Origin: Octopus sinensis
Lineage: Eukaryota
Length of the DNA stretch: 64,000 bases
NCBI RefSeq assembly: GCF_006345805.1
Contig: NC_043000.1
Span: 11,966,001-12,030,000 of the forward strand
Direction: 5' to 3'
The position numbers were made by a program, and so were the translations under genes. Under the pieces are notes generated by a model. That model ran no database searches. It saw nothing but the letters and a program-made list of their open reading frames with translations, and had not been told where the DNA came from. Below, one piece after another: positions 13,433 to 26,346 of this stretch; within the stretch, counting starts at the first letter, position 1, and each line of letters starts with the position of its first letter.

Positions 13433-13670
13433 GCATGTGTGTGTGTGTGTGTTTTGTGTCTGCGTTGTCACCCACCACCTCATAACAACCAGTGTTTATG
13501 TGTTGAGATCCCCATAACTTAGAGGTTCAGTGAAAGGGACTGATAGAATAAATACATGGCTTTAAGAAATGGAAAATAAGCACAGTGTCAATTCATTTGA
13601 CTAAAATTCTTCAAGACGATGCTCTAGGATGGACGCAGTCTAATGACTGAAATCAGTAAAAGATAAAAGA
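13160..13670 (+). mobile_element. SINE family A (diverged)
   Basis: Head, internal microsatellite and tail are all recognisable. Confidence 0.85.
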
Positions 13671-13832
13671 TATGCATGTAATATATTGACACATAAATAT
13701 ATTTATACACACTCACACACATCCTTATATACAGTTATATACATACATGTGTACACACACAATTACGTTTCTTTTCCCTTCACTCTCTTTCTCTCTCTTT
13801 TTCTATTCATCTATATATACATACATACATAC

Positions 13833-13874
<42 letters not shown>

Positions 13875-13877
13875 TAT

Positions 13878-13915
<38 letters not shown>

Positions 13916-14218
13916 TGTATGTATGTATATATATATAGTTATTTTGAGTTCAAGAGTCCAGTATTACTTAATAGTATTCGTGTTTATTGTCTAATAATAG
14001 GTACCAATTAATATGTTACAGAGTTCAATGATTATTACACTTCAGGAAGTGTTATTTTCAAGATACAAGTTTTAATTTATCAATTTGTAATTTAATGAGT
14101 TGAGTATGGAAACAATTGTAGGTAACAGAGATTTTTGACAATATGTTAATAAATCGAAGGTTATATTTACAACTCTCCATTTTTCCTTATAATATATATA
14201 TAGTATATATATATATAT

Positions 14219-14325
<107 letters not shown>

Positions 14326-14400
14326 CACATATATATAGTGTGTGTGTGAAACAGGACTACAAATGCCAAGGCATAACAAGCGTCACAATTCTCTCTTTGA

Positions 14401-14833
14401 CTCTTTACTGTTTTACTTGTTTCAGTCACTTGACTGTGGCCATGCTGGAGCACCGCCTTTAGTCGAGCAAATCGACCCCAGGACTTATTCTTTGTAAGCC
14501 TAGTACTTAGTCTATCGGTCTCTTTGCCGAACTGCTAGGTTACGGGGATGTAAACACACCAGCATCGGTTGTCAAGCGATGTTGGGGGGGGGGAACAAAC
14601 ACAGACACACAAACATATACACACATGCATACATATATATATATACATACATATATATATATACATACATATATACGACGGGCTTCTTTCAGTTTCCATC
14701 TACCAAATCCAGTCACAAGGCTTTGGTCGGCCCAAGGCTATAGTAGAAGACACTTGCCCAAGGTGCCATGCAGTGGGACTGAACCTGGAACCATTTGGTT
14801 CGTAAGCAAGCTATTTACCACACAGCCACTCCT
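14401..14833 (-). mobile_element. SINE family A, near full length
   Basis: Reverse complement of the 38071-38534 type. Confidence 0.9.
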
Positions 14834-14852
14834 AATTCATATACATTATTTT

Positions 14853-14995
14853 ATCATCATCATCGTTTAACATCCGTTTTCCATGCTAGCATGGGTTGGA
14901 CGGTTCAACTGGGGTCTGGAAAGCCAGAAGGCTGCACCAGGCCCAGTCTGATCTGGCAATGTTTCTACGGCTGGATGCCCTTCCTAATGCCATGC
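14853..14995 (-). mobile_element. RTE LINE 3' tail fragment
   Basis: Reverse complement of 22870-23005, with (GAT)n tail; further tails near 16741, 19220 and 34155. Confidence 0.85.
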
Positions 14996-15016
14996 CCTTC
15001 TAACATTTTATTATTC

Positions 15017-15283
15017 TTAAATTAGTTGAGGTATTACAGCCATTTCTGGGATAACCCAAGTGATAGGCAGGCATGCCCGAATATGGGGTATTCCGTCATC
15101 AGAAACAGCTAGAAAATATATGAAAGATTGTGACATGAAAATCTGAATATTTCCATGTCTAGATCTTTTGTGTATTCTCTAGTTGTCTCTGACGACTGAA
15201 TCCCCCATATTCGAGCATACTCATCTATCACTTTGGATATCCCAGAAACAGCTGTAAAGCTGTAAAGACCTCAACTAATTTAA
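15017..15283. mobile_element. Fold-back element with a hammerhead-like motif on each arm
   Basis: 15017-15130 pairs with ~15163-15283; + strand gtct-CTGACGA...GAAA-cagctg-TA..agac at 15185-15269; - strand CTGATGA...GAAAtggctgTA at 15031-15107. Confidence 0.7.
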
Positions 15284-15397
15284 AATAATATAAAATAATG
15301 TATATGACTTTCTTGTCCTCTTTCACAAATATATATCTGTTTTTCTTTAAATTTCAACGATATATATAAATATGTATGTATGTATATATAATATATA

Positions 15398-15436
<39 letters not shown>

Positions 15437-15489
15437 GTATATATGTGTTTATATATGTATATCATATCGTTCATGTATATATATATATA

Positions 15490-15529
<40 letters not shown>

Positions 15530-16842
15530 TATTATATATATGTATATATATATGTATATGTAATAGATATATATGTATATGTATATATATATGTATATTT
15601 ATATATATAATATGTATATATATATTATATATATGTATATATATATTATATACAAACACACATAAATATATATATACACACTCATATATTATATATATAT
15701 ATATATCTATACAAACGCATGCACACACACACCCACACATGTATTCGCAGACACGTCTATTTGTGTCTGTCTGTTTCTCTATCAATGTCTGTGCCGGTCT
15801 CCTGTCCTTGTGCATGTTTCTGTTTGCATTCCTCCCTCTGTGTATGCATTTCTCTGTGCATATGTGTGTATACTTGCATATTTGTGTGTGTGTGCATGTG
15901 TAGACACATGTGTGCTTGTGTGCATGTATGGATATGTGTGATAGCTACATCTAAACCGCATTACATTTACCTATTTGTTAATTTTCAAATTATCTCCCTT
16001 GATTATTTTTTCTCTCGTTGGTCGTGACAATGGTAGTGGACGTGGTGGTGGTGGTGGTGGATAGTGATGCTAGTTTTGCTGGGGCATTACTAACAAATAT
16101 GTGCTTGAGAACATTACACCATCATCCTCACAACCAGAATAGATGTGATGGTCAGTCACAGAATTTCCCCTGGCCAAAACTATGAGTAATAGATTCGGCT
16201 GGTTTATTCGTAGCCTGAAGATAATGTTTATTGAGTCTATGGAATGGTTTCCAAGCAGTTTATAAAACAGGAAATGCTCACAAGAGGCAGTTGTTCTGCT
16301 GATTACTGCTTAATTGGCACACATCTGTTCTTCATCTAATACTTATTAACTGTTTGCTTTGTCATACACTTCATATGCATGTGTGTGTATGTATGGATGG
16401 GTATGTATATCTATGTATGAAGGTACACACACACAAACACTTATATATATATATATATACATATATGAACATATATAAAACACACATATATAACACATAT
16501 ATGAACATATATAACACACACATATATAAAACACACATATATATATATATATTATATATATATATATATCTATATATATTATAGATATAGATTATATATA
16601 TATATATATATTATGTGTATATATATATATGTGTGTGTGTGTATGTTATATATATAGTGTGTGTATATATATATATATATATGTGTGTGTGGTGTGTGTG
16701 GTGTATTATATATATATAGATATATATATGTAGATATATATGCTAGCATGGAGAACGGACGTTAAACGATGATATGATGATGATGATGATTATATATATA
16801 TATATATATATGTAGGTAAAATATATTATATATAATATATAT

Positions 16843-16874
<32 letters not shown>

Positions 16875-16912
16875 GTAATATATATATATGTATATAATAT
16901 GTATATATTTTG

Positions 16913-16947
<35 letters not shown>

Positions 16948-17034
16948 CTATATATATAATATATATCTATATATATACATATATAATATATATATATATA
17001 TCTATGTATGTATGTTATATATATTTAGGTAGTC

Positions 17035-17510
17035 CGGGCCTGGCTGTGTGGCAACGGGTATGCATCCCAACCACACAGTTCTGGGTTCAGTCCCACTGCA
17101 TGGTGCTCTGGGAAGTGTCTTCTACAATAGTGTCAGGTCAGCTAAAGACTTGTGAGAGGATTTGGTTGATGGAAACTGAAAGAAGCCCATTGTAATGTAT
17201 TTTATATGTCTATGTGTGTGTTTGTATGTGTTTATATATTATATATATATATATATATATGTGTGTGCATTCTTTTATTCATTTATTCTCTTATTTGTTT
17301 CAGTCATTTGACTGTGATCATGCTGGAGCACCACTTAAGGGGTTTTAGTTCAAGAAATCAATCTCAGGACATATTCTTTGTAAGCATAGTACTTATTCTA
17401 TTGCTCTCTGTGGCCAAACTGCTACGTTACAGAGACGTAAATATACCAACATCAGTTGTCAAGGAATGAAGGGGTGAAAGGATAAACACAGACACAAAGA
17501 CACAAATACA

Positions 17511-17575
<65 letters not shown>

Positions 17576-17746
17576 TACATATATATACGACAGGCTTCTT
17601 TCAGTTTCTGTCTACAAAATTCACTCACAAGGCTTTGGTTGGCCCGAGGCTATAGTAGAACACACTTGTCCGAGGTGCTTCATAGTGGGACTGAACCTGG
17701 AATCATGTGGTTGAGAAGCAAGCTTCTTATCACAGTCACTCCTGTG

Positions 17747-17748
<2 letters not shown>
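17035..17748. mobile_element. Two SINE family A copies facing each other (+ 17035-17200, - 17280-17748)
   Basis: Family A head on each strand. Confidence 0.8.
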
Positions 17749-17789
<41 letters not shown>

Positions 17790-17792
<3 letters not shown>

Positions 17793-18040
17793 GTGGGGGA
17801 GAATACACAAAAAAACAAAGGATGAAGTTAGGTGTTGTAGACAACAAACAGATGTATTAGTATAAAGCTCGACAAGTGAAAAAGTCTTTAACATTTCGAG
17901 CCTATGCTCTTCCACAGAAAGGAACACAGAAAGAAACAGGGAGAGAAAATAAAAAATGTGTAGTGGTGAATGCTGGATTGTGGGGTCACACAGGAGAGCT
18001 AAGAAGAAGGGAAAATAATAAAGTAGTGGTAATGAAAAAC
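17790..18040 (-). mobile_element. Penelope-like pLTR relic with a degenerate hammerhead motif (17884-17921)
   Basis: Minus strand ctgtgga-agagc-atag-gctc-GAAA-tgt-ta-aagac; homologous to 36455-36620. Confidence 0.55.
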
Positions 18041-18249
18041 GAAAGTGCGCGTGCGTGTGTATAAGGGAGACTGTATGTGCATGTGGATGACCTTGACGTG
18101 TGCATGTGTACATGTGTAGGTGTGTGGATGATGGTGTGGATGATAGTGTGATGTGATGTGGTGTTGTGCAGTTTGGTGGTGTGTGGTATGGTGGTGTGTA
18201 TATACATACATATATATATATATACATATATATATGTGTTACAAAAAAC

Positions 18250-18990
18250 ATTTGAATGCACAGGACTACTTCCGCCTGTGCTGCTTTTGATGGATCTTGG
18301 GTCTCACATGTTCAAGACACGAGAATGAGCTGATGCACTCAACATAAAAGTTCAGGTGCTACCTTTGCCAGGGAGGACATCAGTCATAGCTTGATGAGTG
18401 GTTGTACTTTCAGTCGGATGCTTTATGGAGAGCTAGCTGAAGGAAAAGTACCTCAGCAAAAACCTAAGGACCTTTTGAAGACTGTGTCAAGGATTTGCTA
18501 TCACAGTTTCATCTTAACCTTCACAGCTAGGAAGCCAAAGCTGGTACCTGAGACAAGTGGATAAAGCAAATGTAATAAGGATGCTGTTCATTCCATGCAA
18601 AGTCAATAATCTGGGCAAAAACCAAAAGAGCTGCCTGCAAGAGAAAGGGAGTAGAATAGTTGTTTCTCAGTCTGTTTGCCATGAGTGTGCCTGAATATGC
18701 TTGTCAAACACTGGGGTCCAAAATCACCTGAAGAGCCACATGGACAACCTGCTAGGGAATTATGTTCAATTTATTATTGCAGACGTGCTTACTTGTGATG
18801 TATGTGGTAAAATCTGCAAGGGCTGCTCAAGACCCATGTAACATTTGAAAATCCATGGTGATCCTCACCCAAGGGGCCTAAACGTCAGGCCAAAAACATG
18901 GAGGCTTTGTAACAAACTCTGTATGTCTCTCACCTGCTTCATGGGTCACTGTTGATCTAACAATTGTAAGAACAGTCAATTATAAGTCAC
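18250..18990 (+). pseudogene. Decayed RTE-clade LINE ORF C-terminus with three C2H2 zinc-finger remnants
   Basis: Peptides RMLYGELAEGKVPQQKPK and FEDCVKDLL, then VCHECA*ICLSNTGVQNHLKSH, LTCDVCGKICKGCSRPM*HLKIH and TWRLCNKLCMSLTCFMGHC. Confidence 0.75.
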
Positions 18991-19890
18991 CTGTCAGCAA
19001 TAGTCATACACGTTTAATGGGTGGGCAGGTGTCATATATATATATGTGTGTGTGTGTGTGTGTATGCATGTATGTGTGTGTGTGTTGTGTGTGTGTGTGT
19101 GTTTGGTGTGTGTGTGTGTGTGCATACATAGATATATATCATCATCACCACCGTTTAATTACTTAACTTCGTTTTTACATGCTGTCAGGAGTTGGACAGC
19201 TGACATGTGGTTGGATATATCATCATCATCATCGTTTAACGTCCGCTTTCCATGCTAACATGGGTTGGTCGATTTGACTGAGGACTGGTGAACCAGATAG
19301 CATACACATATTTCCAACGGGCTTCTTTCAGTTTCTGTCTACAAAATCCACTCACAAGGCTTTGGTCACGCCGAGGCTATAGTAGAAGACACTTGCCCAA
19401 GGTGTCACGCAGTGGGACTGAACCCAGAACCATGTGGTTGGTAAGCAAGCTACTTACCACACAGCCACTCCTGTGCCTAGATGAGGTTTTATAAAAATGG
19501 TAGAATATTTTGCAGTTTCTCAGGTTAAATGTAAAGACACATGGTAAAGCATTTTTCTTGGTTTATATTTTTTCACTTTCTTTAGATTTTGAATGTTTAT
19601 AAATTTTGCTCTTTCCATTCCAATGGTAATTAGACTTAGAAGAACTGCTCTTTGAATAACCATGTTTTGAAATTTCTTTGGCCTTTCATCACATTTCGGA
19701 GGATTCTATGCTATTGCAAAAACTCTATTGCAGAGGTTAAATGGAATGTTTATTCTCATATGTTTAGGATGACAGGATGTGAAAAAAAAAAATGGTATGT
19801 GTGTTATGTGTATATATGAACCTGTACTCCTGCCTCTTTCTCTCTCTGCATATTTATATATATATATATATAATAATATATATATATATA

Positions 19891-19921
<31 letters not shown>

Positions 19922-19962
19922 TAATGTATGTATATATAATATATATATATATATATATATTT

Positions 19963-21090
19963 CTGCTAGTAAGGTGAGGGTTGGCAACGAGTACAGTGAA
20001 GAATTCCGGCGGGTAGAGGTGGGGTCCACCAAGGTTCAGTCCTCAGTCCCCTCCTATTATCATAGTCCTCCAGGCAATAACGGAGGAATTCAAGACAGGA
20101 TGCCCCTGGGAGCTCCTCTATGCTGACGACCTTGCTCTAATTGCTGAGTCACTATCAGAACTGGAGGAGAAGTTTCAGGTGTGGAAACAAGGATTAGAAT
20201 CGAAGGGCCTTAGAATCAACCTAGCCAAAACCAAAGTCCTAATAAGTAGGAAGGTGGACCAATCACAAAGACTTCAGGTAGATGGCCTGCTCGATCTGTA
20301 AAAAAGGGTTGTAGGTAGAAACTCTATAAGGTGCACCAAGTGTAAGCTATGGACACATAAGAGGTGCAGCAATGTCAAAGGAAGGCTAACTAGGAAAATA
20401 GTTTTGTTCTGTGGCAGATGCTCAGGAGCAATAAACACTGGAAATGTGCAGAGACCAACTTCTACCACGTTCCAGGGAGACAAACTAGAAGTAGTTGATA
20501 GCTTCCGCTACCTAGGAGACCAAGTCAGTAGCGGGAGTGGGGTGTGTGCTGAAAGTGTAACTGCTAGAGTAAGAATAGCTTGGGCAAAGTTTAGAGAGCT
20601 CTTACCCCTGCTGGTGACAAAAGGCCTCTCGCTCAGAGTAAAAGGCAGACTGTATGATGCATGTGTACGTACAGCCATGCTACATGGTGTTGAAACATGG
20701 GCCGTGACTGCTGAGGATATGCGTAAGCTTGCAAGAAATGAAGCCAGTATGCTCCGATGGATGTGTAATGTCAGTGTTCATAATCGTCAGAGTGTAAGTA
20801 CCTGAGAGAAAAAGTTGAACCTAAGAAGCGTCAATTGTGGTGTGCAAGAGAGACGGCTGCGCTGGTATGGTCATGTGGTGAGAATGGCTGTAGATAGTTG
20901 TGTGCAAAAGTGCTACACCCTAGCAGTTGAGGGAACCTGTGGAAGAGGTGGTAGACCCAGGAAAACCTGGGACGAGGTGGTGAAGCACGACCTTCGAACT
21001 TTAGGTCTCACCAAGGAAATGACTAGAGACCGAGACCTATGGAAGTATGCTGTGCGTGAGAAGACCCGGCCAAGAGTAGTCAGGCCATAA
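19963..21090 (+). pseudogene. 5'-truncated RTE-clade LINE reverse transcriptase ORF (frameshifted)
   Basis: VHQGSVLSPLL, WELLYADD, NLAKTKV, a Cys-rich insert (CSIC..CTKC..HKRC..CGRC), FRYLG, RRLRWYGHVVR, GRPRKTW; ORFs 20404-20805 and 20815-21090. Confidence 0.93.
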
Positions 21091-22840
21091 CCCGTGGCCC
21101 CTACCTGGGACGTAGTCAGTCCACTTATGCATACCTTCCTTTGTGACACTTGTGAAGACCTGTTGAGGCAAGTGAAAGTGAAAATCAAAATAAAATAGAT
21201 GATCATCAATGGAATTTGTATCTTTGTTACCAGTGCCGGTGGCACACAAGAAAACCATCCGAACGTGGCCGTAGCCAGTACTGCATCGACTGGCCTCCGT
21301 GCTGTGGGCACATAGCAAACACCATCCGATCGTGGCCGTTCGCCAGCCTCATCTGGCACCTGTGCGGTGGCACATAAAGACACCACATCCGAAGACCCGG
21401 CAAGACTAGTCAGGCCATAACCCGTGGCCCCTACCGGACGTAGTCAGTTCACCTGTGCATACCTCCTTCTTGTGACACTTGTGAAGACCTGTTGAGGCAA
21501 GTGAAAATCAAAAAAAAAAAAAAAATCAAAAAATCAAAACAAATCGAAATAGATGAATATCAATGGAATTTGTATCTTTGTGGCACACAAGAAAACCATC
21601 CGAACGTGGCCGTAGCCAATACTGCATCGACTGGCCTCCGTGCTGTGGGCACGTAACAAACACCATCCGATCGTGGCCGTTCGCCAGCCTCATCCGGCAC
21701 CTGTGTCGGTGGCACATAAAAACACCATCTGAAGACCCGGCAAGACTAGTCAGGCCATAACCCGTGGCCCCTACCTGGGACGTAGTCAGTCCGCCTGTGC
21801 ATACCTCCTTCTTGTGACACTTGTGAAGACCTGTTGAGGCAAGTGATCAAATCAAAACAAATCAAAATAGATGAACATCAATGGAATTTGTATCTTTGTG
21901 TGGTACCAGTGCCGGTGGCACACAAGATAACCATCCGAACATGGCCGTAGCCAGTACCGCATCGACTGGCCTCGTGCTGTGGGCTCATAACAAACACCAT
22001 CCGATCGTGGCCGTTCGCCAGCCTCATCTGGCACCTGTGTCGGTGGCACAAAAAAGCACCATCCGAAGACCCGGCAAGACTAGTCAGGCCATAACCCATG
22101 GCCTCTACTTGGGACGTAGTCAGTCCACCTGTGCATACCTTCCTTCTTGTGACACTTGTGAAGACCTGTTGAGACAAGTGATCAAATCAAATCAAATCAA
22201 TCAAAATAGATGAACATCAATGGAATTTGTATCTTTGTGGTACCAGTGCCGGTGGCACACAAGAAAACCATCCGAACGTGGCCGTAGCCAGTACCGCATC
22301 GACTGGCCTCTGTGCTGTGGGCACGTAACAAACACCATCCATCTGGCACCTGTGTCGGAGACACATAAAAACATCATCCGAAGACCCGACAAGACTAGTC
22401 AGGCCATAACCCGTGGCCCCTACCTGGGACGTTGTCAGTTCACCTGTGCATACCTTCCTTCCTTCTTGTGACACTTGTGAAGACCTGTTGAGGCAAGTGA
22501 AAATCAAATCAAATCAAATCAAAATAGATGAACATCAATGGAATTTGTATCTTTGTGGTACCAGTGCGTGCGGTGGCACACAAGAAAACCATCCGAACGT
22601 GGCCGTAGCCAGTACCGCATCGACTGGCCTCTGTGCTGTGGGCACGTAAGAAACACCATCCGATCGTGGCCGTTCGTCAGCCTCGTCTGGCACCTGTGTC
22701 GGTGGCACATAAAAAAACCATCCGAGCGTGGCCGTTCGCCAGCCTCGTCTGGCACCTGTGTCGGTGGCACATAAAAACACCATCCGAGCGTGGCCGTTCG
22801 CCAGCCTCGTCTGGCACCTGTGTCGGTGGCACATAAAAAT
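21060..22840 (+). repeat. Higher-order tandem array (5 x ~315-345 bp plus ~60-bp subunits) forming the RTE 3' UTR
   Basis: Units start gaagacccg at 21060, 21391, 21731, 22065 and 22380; two extra ~60-bp subunits at 22725-22840. Confidence 0.92.
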
Positions 22841-23008
22841 CACCCACTACACTCTCGGAGTGGTTGGCGTTAGGAAGGGCATCAAGCTGTAGAAACACTG
22901 CCAGATCTGACTGGCCTGGTGCAGCCTTCGGGCTCCCCAGACCCCAGTTGAACCGTCCAACCCATGCTAGCATGGAAAGCGGACGTTAAATGATGATGAT
23001 GATGATGA
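22840..23008 (+). mobile_element. RTE 3' terminus with (GAT)n tail
   Basis: tggcgttaggaagggcatc...ccaacccatgctagcatggaaagcggacgttaaa(tga)n. Confidence 0.9.
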
Positions 23009-23022
23009 TATATATACATACC

Positions 23023-23058
<36 letters not shown>

Positions 23059-23107
23059 ATATATATATTATATTATAATATATATATATATATATTATAT
23101 ATATATA

Positions 23108-23146
<39 letters not shown>

Positions 23147-23178
23147 CATATATATATATATATATTATATATATATAT

Positions 23179-23218
<40 letters not shown>

Positions 23219-23244
23219 CATATATATATATATATAATATATTA

Positions 23245-23284
<40 letters not shown>

Positions 23285-23352
23285 TATAAATATATTATAT
23301 ATATATATTATATATATAATATATATATATATATACATACATATATATATAT

Positions 23353-23404
<52 letters not shown>

Positions 23405-23701
23405 CGAGGATGATCCGGTTCTTGACTGAAGATTAGCGGCTTCGAATGACCCCCATTTTTTGTGTCGTCTATTTGAGTGTTTTGCGTTCTTGTTCCATTT
23501 TGTATTTTTATAAAAATTTTTTATATATATATATATATTTACATACATATATATATATATGTATGTGTTTGTAGGAAAATGTGTATATGTGTGTATGTAT
23601 GTGTGTGTATATAATATATATACATACTTAAAAATTAATATAAACAGCTAGGTGCAATGGGATACCATAAAGGAACAATATAAATATTATTTTTATATAT
23701 A

Positions 23702-24098
23702 TGTGGTAAGAAGCTTGGTTCTTACCACATGGTTCTGGGTTCAGTCCCACTGCGTGGCACCTTGGGCAAATGTCTTCTACTATAGCCTTGGGCCGACCAA
23801 AGCCTTGTGAGTGGATTTGGTAGACAGAAACTGAAAGAAGCCCGTCATATATGTGTAATATATATATGTATATGTATGTGTATATGTTTGTGTGTGTGTG
23901 TTTGTCCCCTGCAACATTGCTTGACAACTGATGCTGGTGTGTTTACATCCCCGTAACTTAGTGCTTCGGCAAAAGAGACTGATAGAATAAGTACTAGGCT
24001 TACAAAGAATAAATCCTGGGGTTGATTTGTTCAACTAAAGGTGGTGCTCCAGCATGGCCTCAGTCAAATGACTGAAACAAGTAAAAGAGTAAAAGAGT
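23702..24098 (+). mobile_element. SINE family A
   Basis: Family consensus match with (gtaaaaga) tail. Confidence 0.9.
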
Positions 24099-24141
24099 AT
24101 ATGTATTTATATATTCTTATATATATATATATATATATATA

Positions 24142-24642
24142 TACAGGGTGCACTGAATAAACTGTTTTCTAAATTACACAAAAATGAAAATAACACTGAC
24201 ATTTCATCTACACACACACACATACACACATGTATAAACATACACATACATTGTGTGATAGGTAAATGGACATCAGTTTATATTTTTAATTTCGCATATA
24301 AGCATTGTTTGTTTTTGATTTTGTAGACTACACAGTATAGTAGGGTCAGTTGGGCACTATCTTGGAGAAAGACAGTACCATGACGCTATTCACTCTGCCA
24401 GAAATTTGGAAACAACATGCTGAACTGTTTGGTATTCATGCCAGAAGCTCAAATATGAACATTTCAGAGTGTTTGGGTGCCAATCTGAGGGCAGTTCAGT
24501 CTGAGGACATGTACAGAAAGTGATAAAAATCAAACATCCAGTCAACATCATAGTGTTTGGAGTGATCACTAGTGATGGCGACGTTATGCCTCCCTTCATT
24601 TTCCCTTACGGCCTCAGACTCAACACGGAGGCCTACATCAAT
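24142..24642 (+). mobile_element. Tc1/mariner-superfamily transposon remnant
   Basis: TA+cagggtg terminus; transposase-like peptide KHPVNIIVFGVITSDGDVMPPFIFPYGLRLNTEAYI. Confidence 0.75.
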
Positions 24643-24644
24643 TA

Positions 24645-24699
24645 AAAATCCCTTGCGTATTATACTCAAGGGCGGACTATACTCGAGGATTTACGGTAA
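24645..24699. mobile_element. End of a pogo/Tigger-like MITE
   Basis: gggcggactatactcgaggatttacggta is the reverse complement of the left end of 51583-52094. Confidence 0.75.
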
Positions 24700-24905
24700 A
24701 TCTATATCCAGAGTCTTTCATACTTTGGTTTATAACAATAAATTGTGTTTGTTAAAAGATATGTATTAGTGGCAGAGACAGTATTAACACAGAAGGTAAT
24801 ATTTATCTCCACTTAAATGTAGAAGTTCTCTTAGAACTAACTTTACTGTAGCAGATACCATGAGAGAAACTCTCATATTGGCTTTTGGTGCAAAATGCAC
24901 CATTG

Positions 24906-25555
24906 TTTATATCACTAGCTTGGAGATAAATCCTCCAGTGTCAAGACTACCAGATCACGTGATTTCAATCTTCCTTTGTCTCATCAATGATGGACACTGA
25001 ACCACTAGAGTTAGCCAGGATTCATCTCCTCATTATTTATATCGCTAGCTGGGAGATAAATCCTCCAGTGTCAAGACTACCAGATCATGTGATTTCAATC
25101 TTCCTTTGTCTCATCAATGATGGACACTGAACCACTAGAGTTAGCCAGGATTCATCTCCTCATTATTTATATCGCTAGCTGGGAGATAAATCCTCCAGTG
25201 TCAAGACTACCAGATCACGTGATTTCAATCTTCCTTTGTCTCATCAATGATGGACACTGAACCACTAGAGTTAGCCAGGATTCATCTCCTCATTATTTAT
25301 ATCGCTAGCTGGGAGATAAATCCTCCAGTGTCAAGACTACCAGATCACGTGATTTCAATCTTCCTTTGTCTCATCAATGATGGACACTGAACCACTAGAG
25401 TTAGCCAGGATTCATCTCCTCATTATTTATATCGCTAGCTGGGAGATAAATCCTCCAGTGTCAAGACTACCAGATCACGTGATTTCAATCTTCCTTTGTC
25501 TCATTAATGATGGACACTGAACTGCTAGAGATAGCCAGGACTCATCTCCTCACCA
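24906..25555. repeat. Tandem repeat, 130 bp x 5, nearly identical units
   Basis: tcctccagtg recurs at 24931, 25061, 25191, 25321 and 25451. Confidence 0.97.
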
Positions 25556-25631
25556 GCGATATATAGAAGAACAGTGCTTGAACAGGTGCTGACCACAGTA
25601 CAGTTTGTGGTGGTGGTGGTGGTGGTGATGG

Positions 25632-25697
<66 letters not shown>

Positions 25698-25982
25698 GGA
25701 GGAGGACTAGGTTGACTTCGCCTTTCATCCTTTTGGGGATCGATTAAATTAGTATCAGTTATGCACTGTACCAATATATGTACCAGTTATGCATTTTTAT
25801 GGGTCGACTAAATAAGTACCAATTATGCAACAGAATGAAACAAGTAAAAGATAAAGTCAGAAAGACAAAGAAAGAATTCACTGGTTCATGTCACCATTTT
25901 AGAGACAGAATAAAATTTTGTTATATTGGGCAAGTTAAGCCTTTATCTAGATGCTTTCCCGTTGTTTCATATGGCCCTTAAT

Positions 25983-26210
25983 TTGACCCTTTAGCATTTA
26001 AATCAGTCATATCAAGCCCAAATATTCTACTTGTTTTATGTTCAAATTGACCTGATCAGGCCTCTCACACCTACCCTACAAGGTCACTCTAATGATAAAT
26101 CATCACATCATTGAAATCTCAAAGCTACAAGTTAATGTATGGAAAATTCAAAACAATGTGAATAAATATGCATTACAATAGACAAAGAAATCTGAATGAT
26201 AAAGGGTTAA
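25983..26210. mobile_element. piggyBac-like MITE
   Basis: ttga-ccctttagcatt ... aatgataaaggg-ttaa (TTAA-type target, CCC termini); related copy at ~43720-44300. Confidence 0.7.
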
Positions 26211-26346
26211 AGCTTGTTAGGAGAGATATAGCAGTTACTATATGAATAGAACATATAGGCAAGACCTCTAAGGTTGGGGTTCACTCAGAAGATTCTTTTG
26301 AGCTTGGAGAGTCAACTAAGAGCCTGTGACTATCTGCTGGAACTCT

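Noticed and set aside
21060-22840. CRISPR-like array or hammerhead array in the RTE 3' UTR
   Set aside because: Units are wholly repeated with no unique spacers; ctgttgag..gaaa lacks hammerhead stems and is explained by a simple cacttg/caagtg hairpin
24906-25555. CRISPR array or repeated coding exon
   Set aside because: No spacers; the 130-bp period is not a multiple of three
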